From the NCBI GenBank assembly GCA_963757765.1, contig CAVWSL010000015.1, positions 658,922 to 722,921 on the forward strand: DNA of 64,000 nt, written 5' to 3'. A program made the translations under genes and the position numbers. This DNA is from an uncultured Chloroflexia bacterium. GTDB taxonomy: Bacteria > Chloroflexota > Limnocylindria > Limnocylindrales > CSP1-4. The notes beneath the pieces are model-generated. The model did no database searches. It was not told the origin of the DNA and saw only the letters and a program-made list of their open reading frames with translations. Below are positions 8,916 through 18,458 of this stretch, piece by piece; positions within the stretch are counted from its first letter, which is position 1; each line of letters starts with the position of its first letter.

Positions 8916-9752
8916 TCAGCTGGACGCCACGGCGTCGGTATCGAGCGCTCGCAGCATCGGCGCGGCGACCCGGACCCGTCGCCGAAGGTCGAATCGGTAA
9001 CCCACGGGCAGCGAGTGGAGCACGACGTTGCTGATCATGATGGGTCGATGCGCACGCACCTCCCAGGCATCGGTCTCGGACGCCTGGCCGTCGACGATGG
9101 TGACGCTCCGGCGGCCGATGACCTCCATGACCATGTCCGGCGACACGACACCGCAGGTGTCTTCGTCGATGCCGAGGCCGAGCAGCGCCGGGTTCTGGGC
9201 GATGGTCGCGAGGAGGCGCCCGAGCCGGTTGCGCTGCTGGAAGTGCTGGTCGACGATCACCCCGGGCAGGACACCCAGGCCCGCGGCCATCTGGACCATC
9301 CGCTGCTTGGGCGTGCCGCCGCTCGCGCCGAACGCGACCATGTGGGTGCTCATGGCCGAGGCACCGGCGCTCGTGCCGGCCACCACCGAGCCGTGCCGGT
9401 GTCGATCCGCGATGGCCTGGGCGATGGCGGTGCCACCGATGGTCGACGAGAGCCGCAGCTGGTTGCCGCCGGTCATGAACACGCCGGTGGCGTCTCGCAC
9501 GATGCGCGCGGCGTGGTCGTCGTTCGCCTGCTCCCGGGTCGTCGCGTGGATGGGCGAGACCTGGGCCGCGCCAAGCTCCGTGAACACCTTGCGATACATC
9601 TCGCCCGCGAGCGGCCCCAGGGAGGAGGCACTGCTGATGACCGCGATGCGTGCGTCGGGACCACCGGCAAGGGCGACGAAGCGGGTCAGGATGACGCGCT
9701 CGCGAACCTTGTCCTCGGCGCCCCCGATGACCATGATGTGCCCTTCGGACAC
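8916..9752 (-). CDS. cphB: cyanophycinase (peptidase S51)
   Basis: Motifs VIGGAED, FMTGGNQ and GTSAGA (serine nucleophile) at ~278 aa, upstream of cphA on the same strand. Confidence 0.9.
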   Translation of the reverse strand: MSEGHIMVIGGAEDKVRERVILTRFVALAGGPDARIAVISSASSLGPLAGEMYRKVFTELGAAQVSPIHATTREQANDDHAARIVRDATGVFMTGGNQLRLSSTIGGTAIAQAIADRHRHGSVVAGTSAGASAMSTHMVAFGASGGTPKQRMVQMAAGLGVLPGVIVDQHFQQRNRLGRLLATIAQNPALLGLGIDEDTCGVVSPDMVMEVIGRRSVTIVDGQASETDAWEVRAHRPIMISNVVLHSLPVGYRFDLRRRVRVAAPMLRALDTDAVASS

Positions 9753-10360
9753 AGACTTATACGTCCCGTCGATTGGTCATCTGCGAAGGATACGCGAGCA
9801 CGGACCCGGAGAACCCTTACGTTTCGGATGCCCGCGGTCGGCGCGCACGATCCCGGTGCTCCCCTCGGCCACGATGGCTGATGTCGGCTACTCCTGATCA
9901 CGCCACCAATCGGAAGGCAAGGGTGGACCCAGACGCCGGGTGCGGTCTTCGGTGAAGCGACCTTGGTGCGCGTATCTGGTGCCGCTCCCACGATCGTGAA
10001 CAGCTGATGCTTCAAGCTCTCGCATTCGCGGCAGAATGCGCCGTCGTAAATATCATCGAGCTCACGGAAGCTGGCCATTGCCAACGTCTCCATGCCTGCC
10101 TCGCGGGCGCGCGCAGTGCGCGTACGCGCCTCGCTATGCAGGGAGCCGATACGCCTCGTGCCCGTGACAAGCTCAAGTACACCCTGGACAAAGGCCGTAC
10201 GCGGTTCGGTCGGCCTAAGGGCTACCTGGCGGTCGAACTCCTGTAGAAAGAGCTGGGCGTCGATGGTTTCCAAGGCACTGTTGCCGGTCTGCTCGACCAT
10301 CCAGCGAAGCGCCCGCTCCACCCTCCCCCTACGTTCTGAAGGTACGGGCTCTGATGGCAT
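9686..10360 (-). CDS. hypothetical protein in a lower-GC stretch (start at MPSEP); the C-terminal extent is doubtful
   Basis: The region ~9900-10400 drops to ~58-60% GC. The minus frame reads protein-like text (ALETIDAQLFLQEFDRQVALRP...FRELDDIYDGAFCRECESLKHQLF) and then decays into low-complexity residues before the stop. Confidence 0.2.
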   Translation of the reverse strand: MPSEPVPSERRGRVERALRWMVEQTGNSALETIDAQLFLQEFDRQVALRPTEPRTAFVQGVLELVTGTRRIGSLHSEARTRTARAREAGMETLAMASFRELDDIYDGAFCRECESLKHQLFTIVGAAPDTRTKVASPKTAPGVWVHPCLPIGGVIRSSRHQPSWPRGAPGSCAPTAGIRNVRVLRVRARVSFADDQSTGRISLCPKGTSWSSGAPRTRFASASS

Positions 10361-10564
10361 CGGTCTCCGATCAGAGCAGAAACAGAAGGCGAGGTCAAAG
10401 GTCCCTCCTCCCCACCGCGACCACCGGCACCCGCCAGCGGGCTTCCACTCATGCGAGCGTGGTGCGCGGCCTCTCAGGACTCCGCTCTCAGGCGATCCCT
10501 TCCCATCCCGGGGCGGACGGAGCACGATGACCATGTCCACAGCCCCATCGCACGGAGGCCCGAG

Positions 10565-10927
10565 ATGAGTCGACTGCTGGTGCACATCGCGACCGGCCCC
10601 GAGAACCCCACCCGCGTCGCCCTCGCGCTCCTCGTCGCGAGGACGGCCCTTGATGCAGGCCACGCGGTGGATCTGTTCATCGCTGGCGACGGTGTCGCCG
10701 TCCTGCGTCCCGAGACCCTCGATGCCGGCCATGGCGTCGGGACCGGCAGCATGCGGGAGCACGTCGACGCGCTCGTCGCCGGCGGTGCGCGCCTGTTCGC
10801 ATCCGGCATGTCCAGCAAGGCACGGGGGTTGACGGTGGAGTCGCTCGGCGGATTGCCCGTGACGATGGCACCGCCGTCGCGGCTGGTGGAGCTCGCGTTC
10901 GAGGCGGACCGGGTCCTCAGCTACTAG
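10565..10927 (+). CDS. DsrE/DsrF-like family protein (sulfur-relay / peroxiredoxin-like fold)
   Basis: MSRLLVHIATGPENPTRVALALLVARTALDAGHAVDLFIAGDGV. Strong RBS: GGAGG, then 6 nt, then ATG at 10565. Confidence 0.7.
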   Translation: MSRLLVHIATGPENPTRVALALLVARTALDAGHAVDLFIAGDGVAVLRPETLDAGHGVGTGSMREHVDALVAGGARLFASGMSSKARGLTVESLGGLPVTMAPPSRLVELAFEADRVLSY

Positions 10928-11051
10928 CCCCGCACCTCTTCTGGCGTCGAATCACCGGTGCCCACCGGCGCTGCGTTCGACGGTAACCCTCCCGGTGACC
11001 TCCCCACCGCCACCACCGGCACCCACGGTCCCGCTGCTACCCTCGGCCTCC

Positions 11052-11279
11052 ATGGCCGACGCCCGTTACTCCATCGCACCGCCCCTCGATGCCGAGCGCA
11101 TCATCAGCGACCAGCTGCTCGACCATGGGGTCGTGGCACGCACGGGGACCGTGACGCCCGACCAGTGCCGGGCGTGCGGCCGGCTGACCGGCCAGTCCAT
11201 CTACGAGCACCAGGCGCGCGTCATCCGGAACCGGCTGGTACAGGCTGGCCTCATGAGCGAGGGCGAGCCGGAGGGCTAG
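11052..11279 (+). CDS. hypothetical small protein
   Basis: Short ORF (MADARYSIAPPLDAERIISDQLLDHGVVARTG...) with no RBS and no recognisable domain. Confidence 0.25.
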   Translation: MADARYSIAPPLDAERIISDQLLDHGVVARTGTVTPDQCRACGRLTGQSIYEHQARVIRNRLVQAGLMSEGEPEG

Positions 11280-11483
11280 CAGCGCGCCGCTCCAGACGGG
11301 AAGGAGGGTGGCTTGCCTGCAGGAAGCAGCGGAAGAGTCCAGCGGACCGTCCTTCTGGTTGGGGCGGCCCTTGGGGTCGCCGGGCCCTGATGGGCTGGGA
11401 TCGTGGTCCCAGCGAGCGCATACTCAGGCGCGCCGCCCAGCTGGCATCCAGCCGTCGTTGGCGCGGTGCCCGAGGAGCGCCCC

Positions 11484-12530
11484 ATGGCCAGGGAACGGAT
11501 GGTTCGATCAGGGAGACCGGTGCTCGCGGCAGCCGTGACCTGCGGCCTGCTCATCGCGGCTCTCGCCGGGGGCAGCATTGCAGCGTCCCCCGTGCCGGGG
11601 GCATCGACGGCGCCCGCGGCGTCCACGGCCACTGGGGTGCCTGCGCCCACGTCCGCCCCGGTGAGCGCCATCACGATGGACAGCCTCATCGCGCCGGGTG
11701 CCAAGGTCGAAACGCTCGCAACGGGCCTCTCGTTCGCCGAAGGCCCGCTGTGGCTCGGTGACGGGCGTCTGATCGCCAGCGATGTCGACGGGGATGCCGT
11801 GTACGCCTTCGATCCTACCGGCAGCAGGACCGAATTCCGGCGCCCGAGCAACCACGCCAACGGGCATGCGCTGGGCCCCGACGGGTCGGTGTTCCAGGCC
11901 GAGCACGGCGACGCGACGGCCAGGGGCGGCATCACGCGGCTGTCCGCCGGCGGCCCGGACACCGTCCTGGCCGACGCCTTCGATGGCAAGCGCTTCAACA
12001 GCCCCAACGACCTCATCGTCAAGAGCGACGGCAGCATCTGGTTCACCGATCCCGACTACGGCCAGCAGTTCTTCCCGTCCGAGATCGGGTTCTACGGGAT
12101 CTATCGGCTCGACCCGGCGAGCGGTGACGTGACCCTGCTGACCGACGCCGTGGACGAGCCCAACGGCATCGCCTTCTCGCCCGATGAGCGGACGCTCTAC
12201 GTCAGCACGACGAGCAGGGGTCTGATCACGGCCTTCCCGGTCAACGACGACGGGACCATCGGGCAGGGCGGGTGGTTCGGCCCGGGCTGCGATGGCATCG
12301 GCGTCGACGAACAGGGGAACGTCTGGGCGACCTCATGCAGCGGCACCGTCGACGTGACCGACCCCAAGGGGGCCAGGATCGGCTCGGTCCGTTTCCCCCG
12401 TGGCACCAGCAACCTGGCGTGGGGCGGAGCGGATGGCCGCACCCTGTTCGTGACGACCTACGACGGCAGCGTGTACAGCGTGCGACTGACGGTCCGGGAG
12501 ACACCCATGATGCATCCCACCGGTTCGTAG
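11484..12530 (+). CDS. SMP-30/gluconolactonase/LRE family protein, secreted
   Basis: Signal peptide followed by the beta-propeller motifs LSFAEGPLW, ANGHALGPDGS, FNSPNDLIVKSDGSIWFTDP and PNGIAFSPDERTLYV. GAGGAG RBS lies 6 nt before the ATG at 11484. Confidence 0.85.
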   Translation: MARERMVRSGRPVLAAAVTCGLLIAALAGGSIAASPVPGASTAPAASTATGVPAPTSAPVSAITMDSLIAPGAKVETLATGLSFAEGPLWLGDGRLIASDVDGDAVYAFDPTGSRTEFRRPSNHANGHALGPDGSVFQAEHGDATARGGITRLSAGGPDTVLADAFDGKRFNSPNDLIVKSDGSIWFTDPDYGQQFFPSEIGFYGIYRLDPASGDVTLLTDAVDEPNGIAFSPDERTLYVSTTSRGLITAFPVNDDGTIGQGGWFGPGCDGIGVDEQGNVWATSCSGTVDVTDPKGARIGSVRFPRGTSNLAWGGADGRTLFVTTYDGSVYSVRLTVRETPMMHPTGS

Positions 12531-12764
12531 CGCACGGACCCCAGCTTGGACCGCCCGACAGTGGTGGGCGCAAAAAGCATCGTCTCTCCCTCTCGCGCCA
12601 ACTGCGACTCCGCCCAGGCGCACCAGCGCCGCGACCCGCCATGCTTCGTCATCCCTTCCCGGTCGATGCCGGGTCCCCCGGTCGGCGGAGGCGGAGGGCG
12701 GCGCGGGCGGACGTTGGCAGCGTGCTGTGGACATCCACGATCATCGGCTCGCACGTGATGCCCA

Positions 12765-13721
12765 TTACTGATGGCGTCTCGACCGGGTCCCGTCGACGGT
12801 CCGCTCCGAACCACCGTCGGACACGCCCGAGGTCCCCACCAGGAGCAGCGCCTGCGACCGGTTCTGCACCCCGAGCTTCCGATAGGCGTTCGCCAGGTGC
12901 GTCTTGGCCGTCTCCGTCGAGATGCCGATGACGGATGCGATGGCGGCTGTCGTCCGACCCGTGGCAGCGATGCGGAGCACCGCGGTCTCCCGCCCTGTCA
13001 GAGGCCCTCCCGCACCGGGCACGAGCCCACGGCCGGCTTCCCGGAGGGCGGTCGGCCCGACCACATCGAGGAGCGCGGACGTGGCCGCCGCACGGGACCG
13101 GACCGCAGCCTTCGTGTATGCCTTGCCCAGCTGGGTACGGACCGTCGCCACCGAGAGCCCGAGGATCGACGCGATCGAGGGGAGCGAGAGGCCCACGCTG
13201 GCGAACGCGAACACCTCGGCCTCACGAAGCGCCAGGCCCCAGGCGCTCGCGGACGCATCCGCGACGCTGCTGACGGCGGCGCGACGCAATAGGCGCGACG
13301 CGGCCGGTCGGAGCTGGGCCAGGAGCCGGATGTCCTCGTCCGAGAAGCCGGTGGCCTCCCGGTAGCTGGCCAGATAGGAACGCTCGTGCGGGAAGTAGAC
13401 TGGCACGCCGACCATGTTCTCGATCCCGAACGGTCGCCAGAAGTGACCATAGTCGATCGTTGGCCGCAGCGATCGGCGGCTGCCGACGTCCGAACGGCGG
13501 CCGGTGATGAGCAGTCCCGTCGAGTCGTGGAGGGCGATCACGGGATGCTGGCGACCTCGCACGCTGGAGGTCCACAGGGGCAGGTCAGCGATCTGTCGCC
13601 CCTCGAGCCCGGACGGCCACGCATCCGTGATGCCTCCTCCTGGGCCGAGGCACGCCATCGAGAGATCGCGTGGCACGAGCGCGCCCGCGACCGTGACCAG
13701 CCTCCTGGCCGCGGCGTCCAT
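12765..13721 (-). CDS. transcriptional regulator with two tandem LuxR-type HTH domains and a GAF-like N-terminal region
   Basis: Two LuxR HTH signatures: LREAEVFAFASVGLSLPSIASILGLSVATVRTQLGKAY and LTGRETAVLRIAATGRTTAAIASVIGISTETAKTHLANAYRKLG. The start is uncertain; upstream in-frame candidates exist up to ~14066. Confidence 0.65.
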   Translation of the reverse strand: MDAAARRLVTVAGALVPRDLSMACLGPGGGITDAWPSGLEGRQIADLPLWTSSVRGRQHPVIALHDSTGLLITGRRSDVGSRRSLRPTIDYGHFWRPFGIENMVGVPVYFPHERSYLASYREATGFSDEDIRLLAQLRPAASRLLRRAAVSSVADASASAWGLALREAEVFAFASVGLSLPSIASILGLSVATVRTQLGKAYTKAAVRSRAAATSALLDVVGPTALREAGRGLVPGAGGPLTGRETAVLRIAATGRTTAAIASVIGISTETAKTHLANAYRKLGVQNRSQALLLVGTSGVSDGGSERTVDGTRSRRHQ

Positions 13722-14031
13722 GGCGGGCGCAGGGGAAGCGTCGAGCTCGCTCACCGCCGCGAGCAGGCGGGCCTCATCCGAGATCGCCCCGTTCCGCACC
13801 CGGGGACCATACGAGGATCGGTGGATGTCGCATAGCCCTCCAGCGACGGATACGTCGATCGGGGGATGCCGCCATACATGGATCGGGGGATGTCCGCCTG
13901 GCCCGCGGGTGGCCCATGGTCCGGGCCGCGGGGTCCGTCGGCGCGGAGACCATCCAGGATCGAGGCGAGCGACGGGACCATCCGGGTGTGATGGCCCCAG
14001 GGAACCCCGGGCGAGTTGGGAGGTCATGGAC

Positions 14032-14652
14032 ATGGGACACATGGCGCGAACGCAGGCTCGTCGCATGTCACGAACCGTCGCGATCGGTGCGGTGCTCGTG
14101 ATGGCGACGGCGGGCAGCGCGATGGCAGAGGCCGATACGGGCGAGCTCCCGGTGGCAGGCTTCACCCACATATCGGTGGTCGACGAGCAGGTCGAGGTGA
14201 GCCTTGCCGATATCTACTCCGGGCACGCGGATGCCGACCGGGTCGAGGTGAGCCTGGCCGATATCTACTCCGGGCACGGGGACGCCGACCGCGCCGACGG
14301 TGGAAGGGCGACTCGCGTCGGCGTGGATCTCGGCATCGCCGGACCGATCGCGGTCGAGACGACGTATACCCTCGAGGCGACCCACCCCGGGTACCGGTCC
14401 GGCTGGCGATACAACGCCGGTCCGGTCATCCTCACTGTGACGACGGGGACGCTCACCCTCGTCGACGACACGTGCAAGATGTTCCATCTCGTCGCGGGTC
14501 ATACCTACATCGGGACGACCGGCCAGGTGCTGAATGCCTTGCTCCTGCCCGAGAAGAACCCGGGTGTGTCGGAGGTCGGCTGGTTCACGACGCGGCTGTA
14601 CCCGGAAGGGGCGGCGGCTCTGGTCCCTGTCGACGCACCCTGTGCGATGTGA
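14032..14652 (+). CDS. secreted cupin-like protein with an internal 17-aa tandem duplication
   Basis: GGGAGG lies 8 nt before the ATG at 14032. Signal peptide MARTQARRMSRTVAIGAVLVMATAGSAMA. Cupin-like C-terminal half (GPVILTVTTGTLTLVDD...HLVAGHTYIG). Confidence 0.6.
   Translation: MGHMARTQARRMSRTVAIGAVLVMATAGSAMAEADTGELPVAGFTHISVVDEQVEVSLADIYSGHADADRVEVSLADIYSGHGDADRADGGRATRVGVDLGIAGPIAVETTYTLEATHPGYRSGWRYNAGPVILTVTTGTLTLVDDTCKMFHLVAGHTYIGTTGQVLNALLLPEKNPGVSEVGWFTTRLYPEGAAALVPVDAPCAM
14191..14292 (+). repeat. 51-bp direct tandem duplication (2 copies) inside the cupin gene
   Basis: Bases 14191-14241 and 14242-14292 differ at only ~5 positions. They encode VEVSLADIYSGHADADR and VEVSLADIYSGHGDADR. 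Confidence 0.75.
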
Positions 14653-15158
14653 CCTGGCGTGATCGGTGCGACCGACTACGCCCCCGATCCCTGGTCTGCA
14701 CTGGACCGTCGGGCGTGCTGGTCGCAGCGGACGCCCTGGAGGGCCTCACGCCGCTCCTCTCGCCCTGTCTCCAGAACGGCGAGGACGATGGCGACGGCGA
14801 CGCCGCCGGATGGTAGGAGATCCACGCCACGGTCCGGTTCATCGTGGGGTCGGCGCTTGTCACGTCGCGGCAGCTCGTCGTCTTCGATCCCGCCCGGAAT
14901 GGCCGGATCGTTCTCATCGCTGCCTCCTCCGAGCAGGTCGAATGGATATCCCGCTGGCCCCGTCTCGCAAGGGGCGGGCCTCCTCGTTTGAGTCGCGGGC
15001 CGCCTCACCCCTCCGCGCCGTCCCAGTCTCGGCCGGGTCCCCGGGCTCGGGGGAGGGCGGCGCCGCGGGCGTGAGTGTCGACGGGGCACTTATCGGCGGC
15101 TTATGCGGACGCTATGCTGCCGCGCACTGGGGGACACCTCGAAGAAGGGAGGCCTTCC

Positions 15159-15704
15159 GTGCGAAGTCGCGTCTGGTCCCTGTCCGCCGCGATCCTGATG
15201 CTGGTCCCGGTGATGGTGCCCGCATCCGTCCTGGCCCAGGCGAGTGCCAGCCTGGCACCGCCGGTCGCTCCCAGCATCGGGGCACCGTCGAGCGCCGGCG
15301 TCGCAACGCTCCCCCCGGACGGCACGTGGATGACCACCGTATCGGCCGACGAGCTGCTCACAGCCGGGGCGCCCGATACCCGGTTCGCGGGGACCGAGAC
15401 CTGGACGCTCGAGGCCGGCGTGGGGACGTGGCGCGACGACTTCCCCGACGGCGGCTTCAGCGAGTGTCGGGCGACCTACGCCGTGGTGGGTGACGTGGTG
15501 AGGTTCACCTATACGAGCGGCACCGACTGCACCGGTGAGGTGGATGACATCCGCTGGACCCTCGACGACGCGGGCCTGCATATCACGCTGGTCGCCACCC
15601 AGTACGGCGAGCCGGGCGAGAGCGCAGCGCTCTGGGGGACGCACCCCTGGACGATGGTCCAGATGTCACCGGCACCTAGCGCGTCCGCATCTGGCGGCTA
15701 CTAG
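15159..15704 (+). CDS. secreted hypothetical protein
   Basis: GTG start with AAGGGAGG upstream. Signal peptide VRSRVWSLSAAILMLVPVMVPASVLAQA. No recognisable domain. Confidence 0.5.
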   Translation: MRSRVWSLSAAILMLVPVMVPASVLAQASASLAPPVAPSIGAPSSAGVATLPPDGTWMTTVSADELLTAGAPDTRFAGTETWTLEAGVGTWRDDFPDGGFSECRATYAVVGDVVRFTYTSGTDCTGEVDDIRWTLDDAGLHITLVATQYGEPGESAALWGTHPWTMVQMSPAPSASASGGY

Positions 15705-15811
15705 CCCGGCACCCTGCGGCATCGAGCCTTCTCAGCGGGCCGCTGGCGCCCTCCGGTGTATCGTCGCCTGAGGATGGCTGGACATGTCTCGCCAGGTCGG
15801 GAGCTGCGCGG

Positions 15812-16108
15812 TTGAGGATATCCGGGTCGGCCGCCCCGAAGCGCGTCGTGGTTCGCACGTACGGCCGGGACAGCCTGCTGGTCTGGGCAAACGTGCTGCT
15901 AGCTCCGGTGATGGCGGCGCTAGGTCTGCGCGTCGGCCTGAGGTCCGAGGAGCAGCTCGCCGCGAGGATGGATGCCGATGCGGCGGTCATGAGGCAGAAG
16001 GGCTACCTCGTGACCTCCGTGCAGACCTTCTCCTTGCCGGTCATCGGGGCGCCGCGCCAGCCCGCCAACTGGTATCGCGTCACCTTCGAGCTAGGCCCGC
16101 CAAGCTAG
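15812..16108 (+). CDS. hypothetical small protein
   Basis: ORF reading ...AARMDADAAVMRQKGYLVTSVQTFSLPVIGAPRQPANWYRVTFELGPPS. Codon-like text but no recognisable domain. Confidence 0.35.
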   Translation: MRISGSAAPKRVVVRTYGRDSLLVWANVLLAPVMAALGLRVGLRSEEQLAARMDADAAVMRQKGYLVTSVQTFSLPVIGAPRQPANWYRVTFELGPPS

Positions 16109-16227
16109 CGAGTAGTGCGGCCCGCTCTGTCGTTCCGTCCCGGTCCCGGCCGGGTCCGAGAGGCACGGCACCTTGCGGCACCGGGCCTCTTCCACAGACT
16201 GACTGCGGCCGATAACGGCAGCCCGGG

Positions 16228-16758
16228 CTACGGGGCGGCACTCGCGGGAGCGGTGCTCGGCGGAGGGCCCATGGGGATGAGCTGCGTGGCCATGGGCTGG
16301 ACGGCGATGCGCGTGCCGGTGACGGTGAGCGGACCGAACTGACCGGGCGGGGTGCCCGCCCCGCCGCCGTACTCGATGCTGAACGTGCCGGACAGCGTGC
16401 CGTCCGCCGTGACCTCGAGCGTGGCACGGACCGTGGCGCTGCCGACCTCGCCGGTCGTCTCGACGCGGTACTGGGTCATGGTCAGCGCGCCGGACGTCGG
16501 TCCGGTCGCCTGCCAGGAGCCGATGCCGGTGCCGCTGCCATCGGTCTGGATGTAGGTCCCGTCGGCATGGAAGATGGCCGTGGTCGGGGCCGTGCCCGGA
16601 CCGGTGCCGACATCCAGCAGCCAGGCACCCACGATCGGGTTCCCGGTGATGGGCATGGCGCTGGCGCCCTGGGCCAGCGTGGCCGAGGCCGAGCCCGCCG
16701 CGAGCAACGTGATCGCCAGGATCGGACCCGCGAGAACGGAGATGGATCGACGCTTCAT
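16228..16758 (-). CDS. secreted hypothetical protein
   Basis: Start at MKRRSISVLAGPILAITLLAAGSASA (signal peptide). Gly/Thr-rich beta-type sequence follows. Confidence 0.55.
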   Translation of the reverse strand: MKRRSISVLAGPILAITLLAAGSASATLAQGASAMPITGNPIVGAWLLDVGTGPGTAPTTAIFHADGTYIQTDGSGTGIGSWQATGPTSGALTMTQYRVETTGEVGSATVRATLEVTADGTLSGTFSIEYGGGAGTPPGQFGPLTVTGTRIAVQPMATQLIPMGPPPSTAPASAAP

Positions 16759-17463
16759 GCAGGGACCCCTCGTCGCTGGCGCCGCAGGATCGGCTCGCCG
16801 CCGACCCGGCGCGGGTCGCGGCGAGGTCTGGCCCGCGGTCCCGCCCGCCGGTCGCGGGAGCATACGCGCCACGGACCCTCCGCGAGGGTCCGTTGTGAAC
16901 ACTCGTGTCCGTCGACCCTTGTCGGCTTTCGAGTTGGCCTGGGCGCTGGATGGCGCTGGCCCCGGTGCCGCCCAGAACTACCCAGGAGCGCCGCCTGGCA
17001 TCGGGACACGGGCGCAGCGTCGATCGGGCGGCGTGGGCCGGATCTGACGGGCTGGGGAATCGAGTCGCTGGCAATCAGCGGACTCTGCCGACAGTGCCGG
17101 CTCCAGCGAAGCGGCCTCTCTCGATGCCTTACGAAAGCTCCCGCAGCGAGCGTTGCAGGTTGAGGAGATCCTTGCGGCTGCTTGCTGCCTCGTATCGGAC
17201 CCACAGCTCGCGAGCCGCCGGCGTGTCCCCGAGGGCGGAGATGCCGGCCGCGACCCCCCCTCGGTCTGTGCTCGCCATCATCGGCGGAAGACGGCGACCC
17301 AGGACCGCCGGTGGGGTGCCCAGGGCCAGCTCAGCGTCCCGCGCCCACCGACGCCGCAGGGTGAATCCCAGCCCGTGGCATGGCCGCGCTCGCGGAGTGC
17401 TTGTCCGCGAGGGCGGGCCCACCAAGGGTGAGCCCGCCCGGGTGCTCGATCGGGTTCCGCGCG

Positions 17464-17964
17464 CTACGCAGGGCTGCCGCCGAGCGCGGGGCAGATCACC
17501 GCGGCGAACGACGTCGTGAGGCCGGGTGTGAACTTGATCACGTTGCTGCCGTTGTCGAAGCCGCTGGGGTCGGAGTAGATGGTCAGTCCCGCTTGGTGGA
17601 TGACCAGCATCCCGTTCGCGTCGCGAGCATGCCAGGCTTGCCCGACGACCTTCAGCGTCCCGTCCACCGCGTACGTGAAGTTGATGGCATCGCGCTCCGT
17701 CAAGGCGTAGGTCGTGTCCAGGTTCGTGTGCACCAGGGCGACCTCCCTGTGCACCCGGTACTGGCCGTCACTGAACGTGGTCACCTGGTCCGTGCCCGAG
17801 AAGGCGATCTGATAGTTGAAGTCGCAGAGGGTCCCGACGGGGAAGGTGACGGCGCCCGAGAAGGGCACCGTCGTCATGGTCGGCTGCGCCGCCGATGCCG
17901 CCGGGACGGCCAGCGCGGTTGCCAGCGCGGCGAGCGCGAACACGGGCACAAGTCTCTTGAACAT
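17464..17964 (-). CDS. secreted hypothetical protein
   Basis: Start at MFKRLVPVFALAALATALAVPAASA, with GGAGG 8 nt upstream. An alternative in-frame start at 18189 (MRSIRTSLALAGTMTAFEIPAAAHA) also carries a GGAGG RBS. Confidence 0.55.
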   Translation of the reverse strand: MFKRLVPVFALAALATALAVPAASAAQPTMTTVPFSGAVTFPVGTLCDFNYQIAFSGTDQVTTFSDGQYRVHREVALVHTNLDTTYALTERDAINFTYAVDGTLKVVGQAWHARDANGMLVIHQAGLTIYSDPSGFDNGSNVIKFTPGLTTSFAAVICPALGGSPA

Positions 17965-18458
17965 GGTGGTGCCTCCGGGGACTCGGGTTGGTGGCTTCCG
18001 GCGTGGGGATCGGGTGACTGCCGGAGCGCCGATGTCGCAAAGGCGGGACGGCGGGTCGGGGGTGGCGGCGCTCGTTCCTGACAACCGTCGCGGCGCTTGT
18101 GCCGCTGGGCTCTGGGCGTGGGCGGCGGCCGGGATCTCAAAGGCGGTCATGGTGCCCGCGAGGGCGAGGCTGGTCCTGATGGAGCGCATGAGGAACCTCC
18201 TGGTGTGACCGTGACGGAATGTCGTGGGCATGGTCTGGGTGCTGCCGGGTCGGCGGTGATGGATGGGCCTCCGATGCGGGTGCGGGGCATGGCTTCGAGG
18301 GTGCGCTCCGACGGAGCGAGCGGAGAAGGAGGCAGGGCTTCTGGATGCGGCTCGAGTCATTGCCAGACGACGGTCGCCGCACTTGATCGAGGTCAGGATC
18401 GGTGCCCGCCGCTGGATCGACGCCGGACCCCGATCAGAGGACCCGGCCAGAGTGGGCA

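Noticed and set aside
4566-9000. Long antisense ORFs 4566-6503 (-), 5875-7404 (+), 7453-9000 (+) across the cph genes
   Set aside because: Opposite strand or off-frame to strongly supported cphA-like, cphA and cphB. Composition is Arg/Asp/Gly-rich and not protein-like.
14585-14917. 110-aa minus-strand ORF with a strong GGAGGAGG RBS 5 nt before its ATG
   Set aside because: The RBS is striking, but the translation is Ser/Arg/Pro-rich without hydrophobic core residues, and its 3' end overlaps the cupin gene antisense. Left as a possible small ORF of very low confidence.
17129-17281. 51-aa minus-strand ORF (MMASTDRGG…ELWVRYEAASSRKDLLNLQRSLRELS) in the 700-bp gap 16759-17463
   Set aside because: Helical-looking C-terminus, but no RBS, no homolog recognisable by eye, and very short. 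Insufficient support.
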